Positions 10,313 to 21,402 of a DNA stretch of 64,000 nt are shown piece after piece. The translations under genes were made by a program, and so were the position numbers. The DNA lies in NCBI GenBank assembly GCA_963677485.1, contig OY781964.1, positions 3,456,001 through 3,520,000 on the forward strand. The letters are read 5' to 3'. Position 1 is the first letter of the stretch. Every line of letters starts with the position of its first letter. Below the pieces are notes generated by a model that was not told where the DNA came from, did not search any database, and saw only the letters and a program-made list of their open reading frames with translations. This DNA is from Armatimonadota bacterium (GTDB lineage Bacteria; Armatimonadota; HRBIN16).

Positions 10313-11524
10313 GTGAACGGTGAACATCGACAGACGGACAGGGCAGGCACAAGCCGGAATATCGTGCTGTTGGGTTTTGTCAGCTTGTTTACTGTCATCG
10401 GGTCGGAGATGGTGTATCCCATCCTGCCCCTGTATCTGAGCTCCATACTAGGCGCAACCCCTGTAGTGATCGGGCTGATAGAGGGGATCGCTGAGAGCCT
10501 GGCCAGCATAGTCAAACTGCTCTCTGGTATTGTTTCGGACAAGTTTGGACACTACAAAAAGCAGTTGGCGTTCGTCGGTTATCTGGCCTCCTTTTTCAAC
10601 AAGCTGCTTATCTTGATGTCCACCGCCTGGGGTGGCGTTCTTTTCGCCCGCATGGTGGATCGATTCGGTAAGGGGATACGCGTTGCACCAAGGGATGCGC
10701 TTGTGGCTGAGTCGTCGTCCAAAAGCAAACTAGGGCAGTCGTATGGGCTGCACAAGGCGATGGATATGCTGGGGTCTGCTGTCGGAGTTTTGATCGCCTA
10801 TTTTTTGATGCATACCGCTACACTTGGCAGCTACCGGACGATCATTATGTGGTCGATGATCCCTGCTTTTGTGGGGCCGTTGTTTATGATTTGGGTAAAG
10901 GACGACAAATCCATCCGAACGACTGCCGCCAAACTGGATTTAAGGTGGGGCCGCTTGGACGGGCGTCTCAAGCTGTTCCTCATCTTCATCACAATATTTA
11001 CCCTGGGTAACTCGTCGGACGCGTTCTTGATTCTCCGGGCACACTCGGCTGGGTTCTCTGCCCAGCAGACGATTTTGTTGTATTTTGTGTTCAATCTGTC
11101 AGCCTCAGTGCTGGCTTATCCGATTGGGCAGTGGTCTGACCGGATAGGCAGGCGCAAGACATTGAGTTTCGGCTATCTTCTTTTCGGCATCGTATATCTG
11201 GGGATTGGTTTATCGAATGTGAAGTCGGTGTTCTGGCTGCTCTTTATTCTGTATGGAGCTTTCATTGCCTTGACCAAAGGCGGTGAGCGCGCATTGATCG
11301 CTGAGATGGCCCCTCCGGAAGCCAGAGGTACCGCGCTTGGATTGCATTCGGCGCTGACGGGAGTGGCGTTGCTGCCGGCTTCGATTATTGCCGGTCTCCT
11401 GTGGGATACCGTGGGTAAATCGGCTCCGTTTATCCTTGGCGGATCTTTAGGGATTTACATTGCGGTGGCGGTTTACTATCTCGTCAACCTGGCAGCACCG
11501 CCAGCTACCGAACGCAGCTCGTAG
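10313..11524 (+). CDS. MFS transporter
   Basis: About 12 TM segments; GIVSDKFG and GQWSDRIGRR motif-A copies; DRFGKGIR.PRDAL. Confidence 0.9.
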   Translation: MNGEHRQTDRAGTSRNIVLLGFVSLFTVIGSEMVYPILPLYLSSILGATPVVIGLIEGIAESLASIVKLLSGIVSDKFGHYKKQLAFVGYLASFFNKLLILMSTAWGGVLFARMVDRFGKGIRVAPRDALVAESSSKSKLGQSYGLHKAMDMLGSAVGVLIAYFLMHTATLGSYRTIIMWSMIPAFVGPLFMIWVKDDKSIRTTAAKLDLRWGRLDGRLKLFLIFITIFTLGNSSDAFLILRAHSAGFSAQQTILLYFVFNLSASVLAYPIGQWSDRIGRRKTLSFGYLLFGIVYLGIGLSNVKSVFWLLFILYGAFIALTKGGERALIAEMAPPEARGTALGLHSALTGVALLPASIIAGLLWDTVGKSAPFILGGSLGIYIAVAVYYLVNLAAPPATERSS

Positions 11525-11561
11525 AGAACCTGACCAACCTTACCACCTGAAGGGAACTGGA

Positions 11562-14231
11562 ATGAATAACCGCAAAACGAACCACCTGCTGATTGCTATC
11601 ACCATGGTGGTCCTCACGATATCTCAAGCATCGCTTTGTGCCGCTCCACGAGTGGCAACCACGAATTCTGCTAAAAGTGCAGCGAAGCTCGAAGCGGAGA
11701 TCACACAGATCATCAAGAAGATGACCCTGGAAGAAAAACAGGCGATGTGCCATGGGAATGGCAGCATGGATGGCGGCGGCTGCAAGCGGCTGGGCATCGC
11801 GGCATTGAGAATGAGCGACGGCCCTTTGGGCGTATCGCGCACCAGCCAGCCCACTGGATTTGGGTCCGGCATGCTTTTGGCGCAAACTTGGAACCCCGAT
11901 CTTCTGTATTCCGCGGGCGTGGTTTTAGGTAGGGAGGCCGATGCCGGTGGTGTGGATGTGATCCTTGGCCCGGGCATCAATATCGCCCGTGACCTGGTGT
12001 GCGGACGAACCTTTGAATACTACACTGAAGACCCGTATCTAAATGGCATGTTAGCTGCCAGGATGGTGCAGGGGATACAAAGTCAGGGTGTCGCGGCCAC
12101 CATGAAACATTTCATCGCCAACAACCAGGAGAATAACAGGGAAGGTGCAAACGCCATCATCGATGAGCGCACACTTCGCGAGATCTATCTGCCCGGTTAC
12201 GAGATGGGTGTCAAACAGGGCGGCGCGTGGGCGGTAATGGCCCAATGTGGTTTGGTGAATGGGGTGGAGTGCTATGGCACCCCGCTGATACGCAAAGTAT
12301 TGAAAGACGAATACGGGTTCAAGGGCCTGGCGATGACGGACTGGGGCTCAGTCGCGGAGGGGGGAACCATCACTGGTCCAACCGAGCTGACAGCCAAGAA
12401 CGGCATGGACCTTTCCATGCCAAATCCGGGTTCATACAGCACTTTAGCCGCGCTGGTGACCAAGGGTAAGCTCAGCCAGTCGACCCTTGATGACATGGTA
12501 CGCCGGATACTGCGTGTCTCCTACTATGCAGGCGTGGCCGGATGGGGTCCACCTTCACCCGCAGGGCAGATCAACACCGAGGCTAACCACGCTGTCACAC
12601 GAAAAGTAGCTGAAGAGGGCATCGTATTACTGAAAAACACCCAGAGTTTACTGCCGTTGGTGAAGGGGCAGGTTCAGAAAATCTGCCTGACGGGCTGCAA
12701 TGCTATAGTAAAACAGTGCTATGGCGGCGGCAGCAGCGCCGTGCATGTGCCATACGAGATCACGCCGATGGCTGGTCTGGAAAAGTATGGCGGATTAGCC
12801 GTTAACTACCAGCCGACCCAAAGCGGGGCAGTTGAGGCGGCGGAAACCAGCGACGTCACCATCATTGTGACCGGCTATCAGCACGCCATCCCGTATCAAG
12901 GCGGTGATACCGAAGGCAGCGACAGAGACGATATGAGCTTTCCCAAAAGCGAGATCAGCTTGATCAACGCCGTTTCGAAGGTCAGCCGGAAGGTGGTTGT
13001 GGTCGTCGTTGGCGGCCCCGGTGAGCTTCGCGACTGGATTGACAACGTGTCCGCGGTGTTGTATGAGGCGTATCCGGGGATGGAGCATGGCAACGCACTG
13101 GCCCGTGTGCTGTTCGGTGATGTGAACCCATCCGGTAAGCTGACGATCACCTGGCCAAAGCGGGATTCGGATCAGCCGTCCTATAAGACCCGTAATGAGT
13201 CGCTAGTGAAATATTCCGAGGGTATCTTCGTGGGCTATCGAGGGTATGAGAAGAAGCATATCAAACCGGAATTCGCTTTTGGACACGGCTTATCGTATAC
13301 CCGCTTTGCTTATTTCAATCTGTCGGTTAAATCTCAGCAGAACTATAACACAAACCCCAGGGTATCGGTCAGTATCGATGTGAAGAACACCGGTGCCCGA
13401 GCCGGTATGGAGACCGTGCAGTTGTATGTGCAGCCTGTCAGCCCTGGTGTTGCCAGACCGGTCAAGGAGTTGAAGGGATTCGCGAAAGTCATGCTGCAGC
13501 CCGGGCAGACCAAGAGCGTGACACTGACTCTCAATCAGCGATCATTCGCCTATTGGTCAGAGCTTAACAACTGGTATGCGGAACCTGGCAAATACAAGCT
13601 GCTGGTGGGTAGCGCCTCTGACGATATCCGGCTGACCGGAAGTGTCACATTGAAGGCGGTACCCGGTGCCAAAGCGCGGCCGAAACCAAAACCTGCACCG
13701 AAAATAGCGGAACAGAAAGCCACAGCCCCTAAGCGGTACGAGGGCAAGCCTTACGGCGGCCACATGTGGGTGATTCCTGGAATGATCGAGGCCGAGAACT
13801 TCGACATGGGCGGCGAAGGTGTAGCGTATCACGACACTACGGTGGGGAATGCCGGTGGTATGCATCGAAGTGAGGACGTGGACATCCAACCGACGACCGA
13901 TGCGGGCGGAGGCTTCAACGTATGTACCATCGCTGCGGGTGAGTGGTTGAACTACAGCCTGAGTATTCCTCAGCCTGGCAGTTACACGATGGAGATGAGG
14001 GTATCGCGTGAGATGCCAGGGCATTCGAGCTTTCATATCGAGGTCGACGGCACCGATGTGACCGGCAGAGTGTTGATACCCAGCACTGGTGGATGGCAGA
14101 CCTGGACGACGATCATCAAAAAGGGGGTGTACCTAAACACCATCAACCAGGTCATGAAGATCGTCTGCGACGGCGGCAACTTTAACATCAACTGGATCAA
14201 GTTCATCTCAGAAGGCAGCACGGCGAAATAG
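11562..14231 (+). CDS. secreted GH3 beta-glucosidase with Fn3-like and C-terminal CBM6 domains
   Basis: SDGP, GPGINI.R, KHF, MTDW nucleophile, NPSGKL, ELKGF; IEAENFD...STGGWQTW marks CBM6. Start moved to MNNRK (11562), which begins a signal peptide. Confidence 0.92.
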   Translation: MNNRKTNHLLIAITMVVLTISQASLCAAPRVATTNSAKSAAKLEAEITQIIKKMTLEEKQAMCHGNGSMDGGGCKRLGIAALRMSDGPLGVSRTSQPTGFGSGMLLAQTWNPDLLYSAGVVLGREADAGGVDVILGPGINIARDLVCGRTFEYYTEDPYLNGMLAARMVQGIQSQGVAATMKHFIANNQENNREGANAIIDERTLREIYLPGYEMGVKQGGAWAVMAQCGLVNGVECYGTPLIRKVLKDEYGFKGLAMTDWGSVAEGGTITGPTELTAKNGMDLSMPNPGSYSTLAALVTKGKLSQSTLDDMVRRILRVSYYAGVAGWGPPSPAGQINTEANHAVTRKVAEEGIVLLKNTQSLLPLVKGQVQKICLTGCNAIVKQCYGGGSSAVHVPYEITPMAGLEKYGGLAVNYQPTQSGAVEAAETSDVTIIVTGYQHAIPYQGGDTEGSDRDDMSFPKSEISLINAVSKVSRKVVVVVVGGPGELRDWIDNVSAVLYEAYPGMEHGNALARVLFGDVNPSGKLTITWPKRDSDQPSYKTRNESLVKYSEGIFVGYRGYEKKHIKPEFAFGHGLSYTRFAYFNLSVKSQQNYNTNPRVSVSIDVKNTGARAGMETVQLYVQPVSPGVARPVKELKGFAKVMLQPGQTKSVTLTLNQRSFAYWSELNNWYAEPGKYKLLVGSASDDIRLTGSVTLKAVPGAKARPKPKPAPKIAEQKATAPKRYEGKPYGGHMWVIPGMIEAENFDMGGEGVAYHDTTVGNAGGMHRSEDVDIQPTTDAGGGFNVCTIAAGEWLNYSLSIPQPGSYTMEMRVSREMPGHSSFHIEVDGTDVTGRVLIPSTGGWQTWTTIIKKGVYLNTINQVMKIVCDGGNFNINWIKFISEGSTAK

Positions 14232-14327
14232 AATGATTCATGCCAGCGGTGTGGTGGGTTCGGTTGTCTCATCACGAACCCCATGTTACAATGCTAGCAT
14301 TAACGAACCATCTGAGGAGTATGCAGA

Positions 14328-15281
14328 ATGCTGAGGCGCGATGTAGTCAAGGCGGCGATTCGCCATGAGGATGTGGGCGAAATCCCGTATTTTGTGGTGT
14401 TCACCGGCGACGCGGAACCGGCCGTAAAATCCGTGTATGGCGGGGAACAAGTGGATATCGCCATCGGAAATTACGCGACGCGAAGTGTTCAGGCACCCTG
14501 GTGGGGCTGGGATATCACCGACCCGGCCTACCAGCAGTCGAATTGCCCAGGGTATATGCCCGCCACCCGCGGATACGGCAGCTATGAGGGGTTCGCTGAG
14601 CAGCTGAAGTGGATGCGTGACAACAGTGACATGTACATACTGGTTTGCCTGTACGGAATTCACTTCGAGAAGGCGTATTTCGCTAGAGGCTTTGAGAACT
14701 TCCTGGCCGATATGGCGGGAGAGCCCGAGTTCGCGCAGGAGCTGTGCGATACGATCATCCGCAAGAATCTGGTGATGCTGGAAAACATGCTCAGCTTTGC
14801 CGATGTCGACGGAGTGCTGCTTGGCAGCGACTGGGGCAGCCAGCGCGCACCGCTGATGTCACTAGCATCCTGGCAGCGCATGATCATGCCCGGCGAACAG
14901 GCGATGTATGATCTAGTGAGGCAGTCGGGTAAGGATCTGTGGGTGCATTCCTGCGGGCACATCGTGCCGTTGATTCCCGATCTGGTGCGGATGGGGCTGC
15001 AAGTGCTGAACCCTATCCAGCCTGAGGCGATGGATATCGCCATGCTCAAGCATGATTTCGGGGATAAGCTTGCATTCTGGGGCGGGATCAGCACCCAGCA
15101 GACGCTTCCGTTTGGAACACCTGAGGAGGTGCGCCGAGAAACACTTCAGGTGGCGAAGATGATGGGGCATCAGGGCGGGTACATCACCGCACCCGCTCAG
15201 GATGTTCAGGGTGATGTACCGATTTACAACATAAAGGCCTTGATTGAGTCATGCCGAGAAGCTTCTGGGAGGCGCGGATGA
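14328..15281 (+). CDS. uroporphyrinogen decarboxylase (URO-D/MtaA-CmuA) family protein
   Basis: ARGFENFLAD, GSDWG, HSCG, LNPIQP, FWGGISTQ, GTPEEV. Confidence 0.85.
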   Translation: MLRRDVVKAAIRHEDVGEIPYFVVFTGDAEPAVKSVYGGEQVDIAIGNYATRSVQAPWWGWDITDPAYQQSNCPGYMPATRGYGSYEGFAEQLKWMRDNSDMYILVCLYGIHFEKAYFARGFENFLADMAGEPEFAQELCDTIIRKNLVMLENMLSFADVDGVLLGSDWGSQRAPLMSLASWQRMIMPGEQAMYDLVRQSGKDLWVHSCGHIVPLIPDLVRMGLQVLNPIQPEAMDIAMLKHDFGDKLAFWGGISTQQTLPFGTPEEVRRETLQVAKMMGHQGGYITAPAQDVQGDVPIYNIKALIESCREASGRRG

Positions 15282-16291
15282 GCGCACTGAGACGCTCGGT
15301 GAGCAGACAAGATGTGGCCGAGTTGGCCGGAGTGTCCCATATCACGGTGACCCGTGTGCTGCAAAACCATCAGTATGTGGCTGAAGAAACAAAGCGGCGA
15401 GTGCTGGAGGCGTGTGAGCAACTGGGTTACCGGTATAACCGCCTGGCCAGCAGCCTGCGCAGCCGACGCAGCCATGTGCTGGCACTGATCAGCGCGCAAC
15501 TGGACATGGAGTATTACGCCCGGCTGTTGCACAGCGTGCAGGAAAGCTGCGCGGAGCTGCAGTACCACGCCATCGTGGCGCAGCTTCCCTGCTTTTCGCC
15601 CGTGGAACAGCAGATGCAGGAGGTGGACTTCCTCATCCAGCGGCAGATCGATGGCTTGATCATCAGCACCGCGTTGGATGACTCTGTGAAGCAGTTCATC
15701 GCCCATGAGCAGTTACCTGCGGTGTTTGTGGAAGACCTGGTGGAGGGGTTCACATGCATCAGCAGTGATGATATCAACGGCAGTATTCACGCCGTGAACT
15801 ACCTGTTGGAGTTAGGTCATCGGCGGATTCTGCATCTCAGCGGGGCGGAGCGTCATCTGACCGCCATACGGCGCAGACAGGGCTACTATACCGCTTATGA
15901 ACAGAGAGGCCTTGAATGCGACCCCTCCCTCACCATCATCACCGATCAGGATGCGCCCAGTGGATACGCATCCACCAAGCGGGCGATAGAGCAGCGGGTG
16001 GATTTCACTGCGATACTGGCGCACAACGACTATGTGGCCGCTGGCAGCCATCTGGCGGTTTACGAATCCGGATTATCAGTGCCAGACGATATCTCTATCG
16101 TGGGTTATGCCGGTGAACGCATCGGCCGGTTCAGCACTCCTCCATTGACCACCGTGTCGCAGCCTATCGAGGAGATCGGGCATCGGGCGGTGCTTAACCT
16201 TGTGGGGCAGTTGGATCACGGTGAGAAGCCCGGTGGGGAGATACTTCTGAGCCAGCGCCTGCTGGTGAGGGGAAGCACGAAGCAAGTATAG
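15278..16291 (+). CDS. LacI family transcriptional regulator
   Basis: HTH QDVAELAGVSHITVTRVL; LGHRRI, VPDDISIVG, PPLTTV; ATGA overlap with the upstream gene. Confidence 0.93.
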   Translation: MSALRRSVSRQDVAELAGVSHITVTRVLQNHQYVAEETKRRVLEACEQLGYRYNRLASSLRSRRSHVLALISAQLDMEYYARLLHSVQESCAELQYHAIVAQLPCFSPVEQQMQEVDFLIQRQIDGLIISTALDDSVKQFIAHEQLPAVFVEDLVEGFTCISSDDINGSIHAVNYLLELGHRRILHLSGAERHLTAIRRRQGYYTAYEQRGLECDPSLTIITDQDAPSGYASTKRAIEQRVDFTAILAHNDYVAAGSHLAVYESGLSVPDDISIVGYAGERIGRFSTPPLTTVSQPIEEIGHRAVLNLVGQLDHGEKPGGEILLSQRLLVRGSTKQV

Positions 16292-16322
16292 AGGAGCAGA
16301 GGAGAACAGGAGGGTAGAAGAC

Positions 16323-18475
16323 ATGTCACCAAAGAATTCAAATACTTCGGGCAGTCATGATGCAATGCGCTCCGAGTTTGAAATACCCCTGTATGAATAC
16401 CAGTCCCGTCCCTTGTGGTTCTGGAACGGGAAACTCAACACCGCTCAAACCCGCCGGATGGTCTTAGCATGCAAACAAGCCGGTTACTACGGCATGGGAA
16501 TCCTGCCCTGCAACGGTATGGGCTATGATTTCATGAGCCCGGCGTTTCTACGACAGTATAAAGCGGCGGTTGATGAAGCTGCCAAACTGGGCATGAAGAT
16601 GTGTCTCTACGACGAGTATTGGTTTCCCAGCGGCTCTGCGGGCGGGCTGATGGCGAAGAAACATCCCGAGGCACTGGGCAAGCGGCTAGATATGGATGCG
16701 ACCGATATATCAGGCCCTGCCCTGTTCTCCAAAACCATACCTTCCGGAGCTCTGATGGGCGTGGTGGCCATGGAGATGGCGACAAAAAACGTCTCGATAT
16801 CACCGCGTCGGTGAGGAATGGCTCGCTGGAATGGTCGGTGCCAGCGGGTGAATGGAAACTGATGATCTTCAGTTGCGTGCCCGATGGCGGCGGTGGTCTG
16901 GTGGACTACCTCGATCCTAAGGCGGTGAGTGCGTTTATCTCTCTCACCTATCAAGCTTACTATGACGCCATGCCCGAACACTTCGGCACGACCATCGACA
17001 CGGCTTTCTATGACGAACCGGCTTTCTACCACGTTCAAGGCGGACGGGCATGGACCGAAAACTTCAATGAACGCTATGAAGCACGCTTCAAGACCAGTCC
17101 CGTTACCCTGTATCCGGCGCTGTGGTTTGACATCGGACCCGATACAGCTGCTGCGCGCAATGCACTGTTTGGAATGCGGACCGAGCTTTATGCCACTGGC
17201 TTCATCAAGACGATCAGCGACTGGTGCAGCGCGCACCACATAGGCCTCACCGGACATGCTGACCAGGAGGAGCTGGCGAATCCTGTGATAGGTTCGGTCG
17301 GTGATCTGATCAAGTCTTTCAAATATCAAAGTATGCCAGGCATCGACCAGGTCTTTGCCTACGGAAGGGCCTCCTGCGCTTATAAAGTGGTGAGTTCCGC
17401 AGCCAATAACTATGATCGCCCGCAGGTGATGGTGGAGTGCTACGGCGGGATGGCTCTGCCCTTGCCCAATCTGTATAAAGAGGCCATGGATCAGTTCGCC
17501 AAGGGCATCAATACGATGGTTCCCCATGCGGTTTGGTATGACCAGCAGCAAATTGTGTTCCAGCCGGATCTGACCCCGGGTTCGGCACTGTATGGCGCGG
17601 AGCTGCCGGTGTACAACCAGTATATCGGGCGCCTGCAACGCATGCTGCAGGGGGGACGCCATGTGGCGGATATCGGGGTTCTGTATCCCATCGCCACGCT
17701 GCAAGCTGGTTCCTGGTTTGGGCCGGGTGACCCCTACCATGGCTGTGTGGAGGTGCCTGAAGCGGACTACATGACGGTGGGTGAGGCATTGTCGCTGGGG
17801 GTTCGGCGCGACTTTACTTATATCCATCCTGAGGTGCTGGATGAGAAATGCACCGTGGACGGCAACCAGATTGTGTTGAAAAACAAGACCAACTGGGAGC
17901 GTTACCGTGTATTTATGATCCCAGGCTCCAAGGCCATCAGCGTCAAAACGCTGCGTAAAGTGAAGAAATTCTACGATCAGGGCGGTCAGGTGATCGCTAC
18001 AACGATGCTTCCCGACACCGCAGCTGAGTTCGGAGCTGATGCCGAGGTGCGCCGGTTAGTTACCGCGATTTTTGGCGATCATAAGGAAGGCCGCAGTAAT
18101 GCAAGAGGCGGTCGATCCTGGTTCGTATCATCGCCGCAGGTGTCAGCACTTAAGTCGATCCTTGAGATGGTATTGCCGGATGGCGATGTGGTATTCGAGC
18201 AGGATGTATCCCCGTCTGGTGGGAATCTGTCGTATATCCACAAAGTAAAAGAGGGTCTGCACATCATCTTTATAGGGAATTCTTCAGACCAAAAGGTAGA
18301 CAGCTGGCTGCGGCTGCGTGGCAAGCTTGCCCCGGAGGTATGGGACCCGCATGACGGTAGGACCGGGCCGTGCGAAGTTCAGCACCTCAAGACTAAAGAC
18401 GGTATCGCCACCCGAGTGCACGTGAGCCTCGACCCGGTTCGATCGGTATTTCTCGTCGGTCCTGCTTTCACGTAA
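16323..18475 (+). pseudogene. GH106-like glycoside hydrolase (alpha-L-rhamnosidase-like), split by a -1 frameshift at ~16784-16790
   Basis: RPLWFWNG and LYDEYWFPSGSAGG lie in the first frame; FYDEP, MPGID, VECYG and VLYP lie in the -1 frame. The join is at ACAAAAAAC and would restore MATKKRLDIT. Confidence 0.75.
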
Positions 18476-18484
18476 CTTAATTGG

Positions 18485-18644
18485 CTATGTCCGGGGCGGT
18501 CTGTCAGTACGCCTGTAATGTCCGCAGTGTATAGACCGCGCCGGTCTTGTTCCCGACACAGATCTTTCATGGCTATCCGCCAGACCGGCGCGGTCTTGAG
18601 CCTTGTGCATCCGCTAGCCTACGCACAGACCGCCCCGGACATAG
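18485..18644. repeat. 160-bp nested inverted repeat between convergent genes
   Basis: Perfect 20-bp IR (18485-18504 / 18625-18644) enclosing a perfect 15-bp IR (18533-18547 / 18582-18596). Confidence 0.85.
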
Positions 18645-18692
18645 GCAACGCTTATAGGCATAGAGGCGAACCGCCCTTCGCCCATCTATGGG

Positions 18693-21156
18693 TTACTTCA
18701 CCCTTTGGTAATAGATCAGGTCTGATTTTCGTTTCTCAGCGATACCAAAATCGAGTTGTTTCATCAGCTCTGAGCCCTTCTTTTTCACCTTTTTGCCTGT
18801 GCTGTCGAAACGCAGTTCATACTCCGCATTCTTATCCAGCCCATGCAGTGCGACCTGCACAGTCGAATACGGGCTCTCGTTGTGGCGGGTGATGATGATC
18901 AATCCCTCATCCAAGTCCGCCCGGTGATATTGAGAGGCCATCCAGTCTTTGGAGTTTCTGGAATAAGGCAGCAGCGGATACCAGGCACCGATCAGCAGAT
19001 GACGGACCTCCAGATAGCGTTTCAAGATCGCTTTACCACGCTTCGCATCGAAGTCAGGTGCGTCTGCGATCCATCCCAGACAGAGCGAGGAAGCCATCGT
19101 GGAGTGGAACGAGTAGTCATCCAGCACGTGCAGGTGCTGCACGATCAGGTTGTTGGGCAGATATTGACTCACTCCCCAGTTCTGCGCCTGATCGACGTCA
19201 TAGTCGAACCAGTAGTCGCTGTCCTGGTGCGCGTTCATCCGCGTGATGGTCTCCAGGTCGATGCGGCGTCCTCCGCTGGCACATTCCTCCATGAAAGCAT
19301 CCGGCCAGGTGGTGCGGATTTTATCCCAATATGCATAGAGGCCCTCTATGTATTTCATCTCGGTCATGCCCTGACGGTTTGGTGCGTCATTGAACCGCCA
19401 GTATGGCAGCGGGTCCATGTTGAAGTCCTGACGATAGACCCGGAAGCCGGGCATGTCCATGTAGCCCTTTACGATGTTGAAGAAGTAGTCCTGCACGTCT
19501 TTCAACCCGAAGTTCAGAAGGTATGTGCCGTTCGCGCCTGCCACAGCACCCAGCATCCACTCGGGATGTTCTTTGTTGACGGTCGTGCCGGCCACCACAC
19601 GTTCCGGCTCAAACCACAGGCCGTAGATCATCTTGTTGTCCTTCGCAGCCTGAGCCACCGGAGCCATCCCCTGCGGATACGCGTCCTTGCGCGCATCCCA
19701 GTTGCCTGCGCCTTCAGGCCAGCCGCCCGTGAACCAACCTGCATCGGTCAGCAATGCTTCCAGACCGAGCTTGGAGTATGCCTTGATGAGCGAAATCTGG
19801 TTCTCGGTATTGCACTCGTTGAGCCATCCGCCACCTCGTGTGAAGCAGGTGTTGCAGAAGGGCGTCGGCGGGCTCGGTTTCCCATTTCTGGGGGCAGAGT
19901 AGTGCTTGTAGATGAGCTGCCTGAACTGGGCATTGCTCTCCAGGGTGTCGCCCTGCCAGTGGAAGATGAGGATCCGCGGCGTGCGGACTTTCTCACCTGG
20001 ATGCAGGATGAAGTTAGTCTTCTCAAGCCCTGCTGTCATGTGGAGGGTCTGGTTGTCGACCGTTTCAATGCGCGAGGCCCACTGCCCTGACCATCCCACG
20101 GCGACGATGACTGAGCCATTGCCTGTTTCCACTTTGTAGAACGGGAAGTCTTTGTTTGATGATCGCCCGCCGCCGCCGCTGAGGCTTCGAGCTCCGCTGT
20201 TGTCCAGGGGCTTGATGCTCACCTCATAGTCCGTGGGGGTCGATTGCGCTCCATTGGTGTGGTGGAAGATGTGGATTGATCGGCGACTTCATGCCGATGT
20301 CCATTGCCTGCAAGTTGCTGATGATCGGTGTATCGGAAGTGCCTTTGTTCTCCACATACAGAAGCCACTCCGCTGCAGGGTAATCGCTGAACTTCAGCGC
20401 TTCCCAGGTCAGTTTCAAGCCGGTTGATTCGTCGGTCCAAGTGGTGACAAGCTTCGTTCGGTCTGCATCCAGCGTCTCTGAATGGGACGCCTTGCTCCAA
20501 GTCGAGAGTAACTCGTCACTGGACTTGCCGCCATATGTGAAGGAGAAGGGGTAATCTGAGAGAATTGCGGGGATGGCTCCTTGTGTCATGTCGTCAAGAT
20601 ACACTTTGGCACCCTCTTGTGTGGTGATGTAGGCGTCAGCCCAGTCAGCGTGATCCCATGCGGGACCATCGCCACCGTCGCCCACCAGTAAGTCAAGTAT
20701 TCTAGCACCGCCGGGATTGAGCTCGATGCGTTCTGGTTCCTCACCTACGTTCAGCACCCTGGTCTTGTGCAGAACCTTGCCGTCGACAGACACTGCGAAA
20801 TCCACAGAGCCGAGGCCGCTTTGGCCGGGTGATGACACGTTGACACCAACCCATGCGCTGAAGCCGGTGATGGGAACTGGCGAGTAGACGCGTATCTGGC
20901 TGAAAGAGTGCGTGCCCAGTCCATGTGTGAAATGCCGTGAGCCGATGATCAGGGGCGTTTTGACCACCGACTTGCCGATTTCGAGCGCTTCGTAATCTTG
21001 TTTGATGAGCTGCAGAGTCGGCTGGTTATCCGCTTTTGGGATGTTGTAGGGGACCTTGAACAGAGTTTCTGTGATCAGCTTTGCCGCCGATGCTCCGGTG
21101 ACAGCGGAACACATGAAAATCGTGATGAGGATGCCTGAGAGTATGTAGTGCTTCAT
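18693..21156 (-). pseudogene. secreted GH36 alpha-galactosidase with N-terminal NPCBM domain, split by a frameshift near 20270
   Basis: Signal peptide and NPCBM (HGLGTH, DGGDG...DHADWADA) in 20224-21156; GWSGQW, DAGWF, GLWFEPE, RQDFN and ECASGGRRID in 18693-20222. The downstream frame stays open upstream as IFHHTNGAQSTPTDYEV. Confidence 0.8.
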
Positions 21157-21402
21157 TTGTGCTTCATGACCCCGTTTTGCGAAATGAACTCATTCTGGCC
21201 GATTTCTCAGCTTGTTTAGTTGAGTATACTAGAGGAACTCGTGAGTGTCCATCGGACGAAAGTGGCCTAATCATTGAGCGACAGCCATATATAGAGTGTG
21301 GCAGGATCATCATTTGCAGACTACAATATCACTACCATCACACGAAAGCTGTGACTCAAACTACGTGTCGCTGAAGCGGAGACGGCCGAAAGGAATTGCA
21401 TA

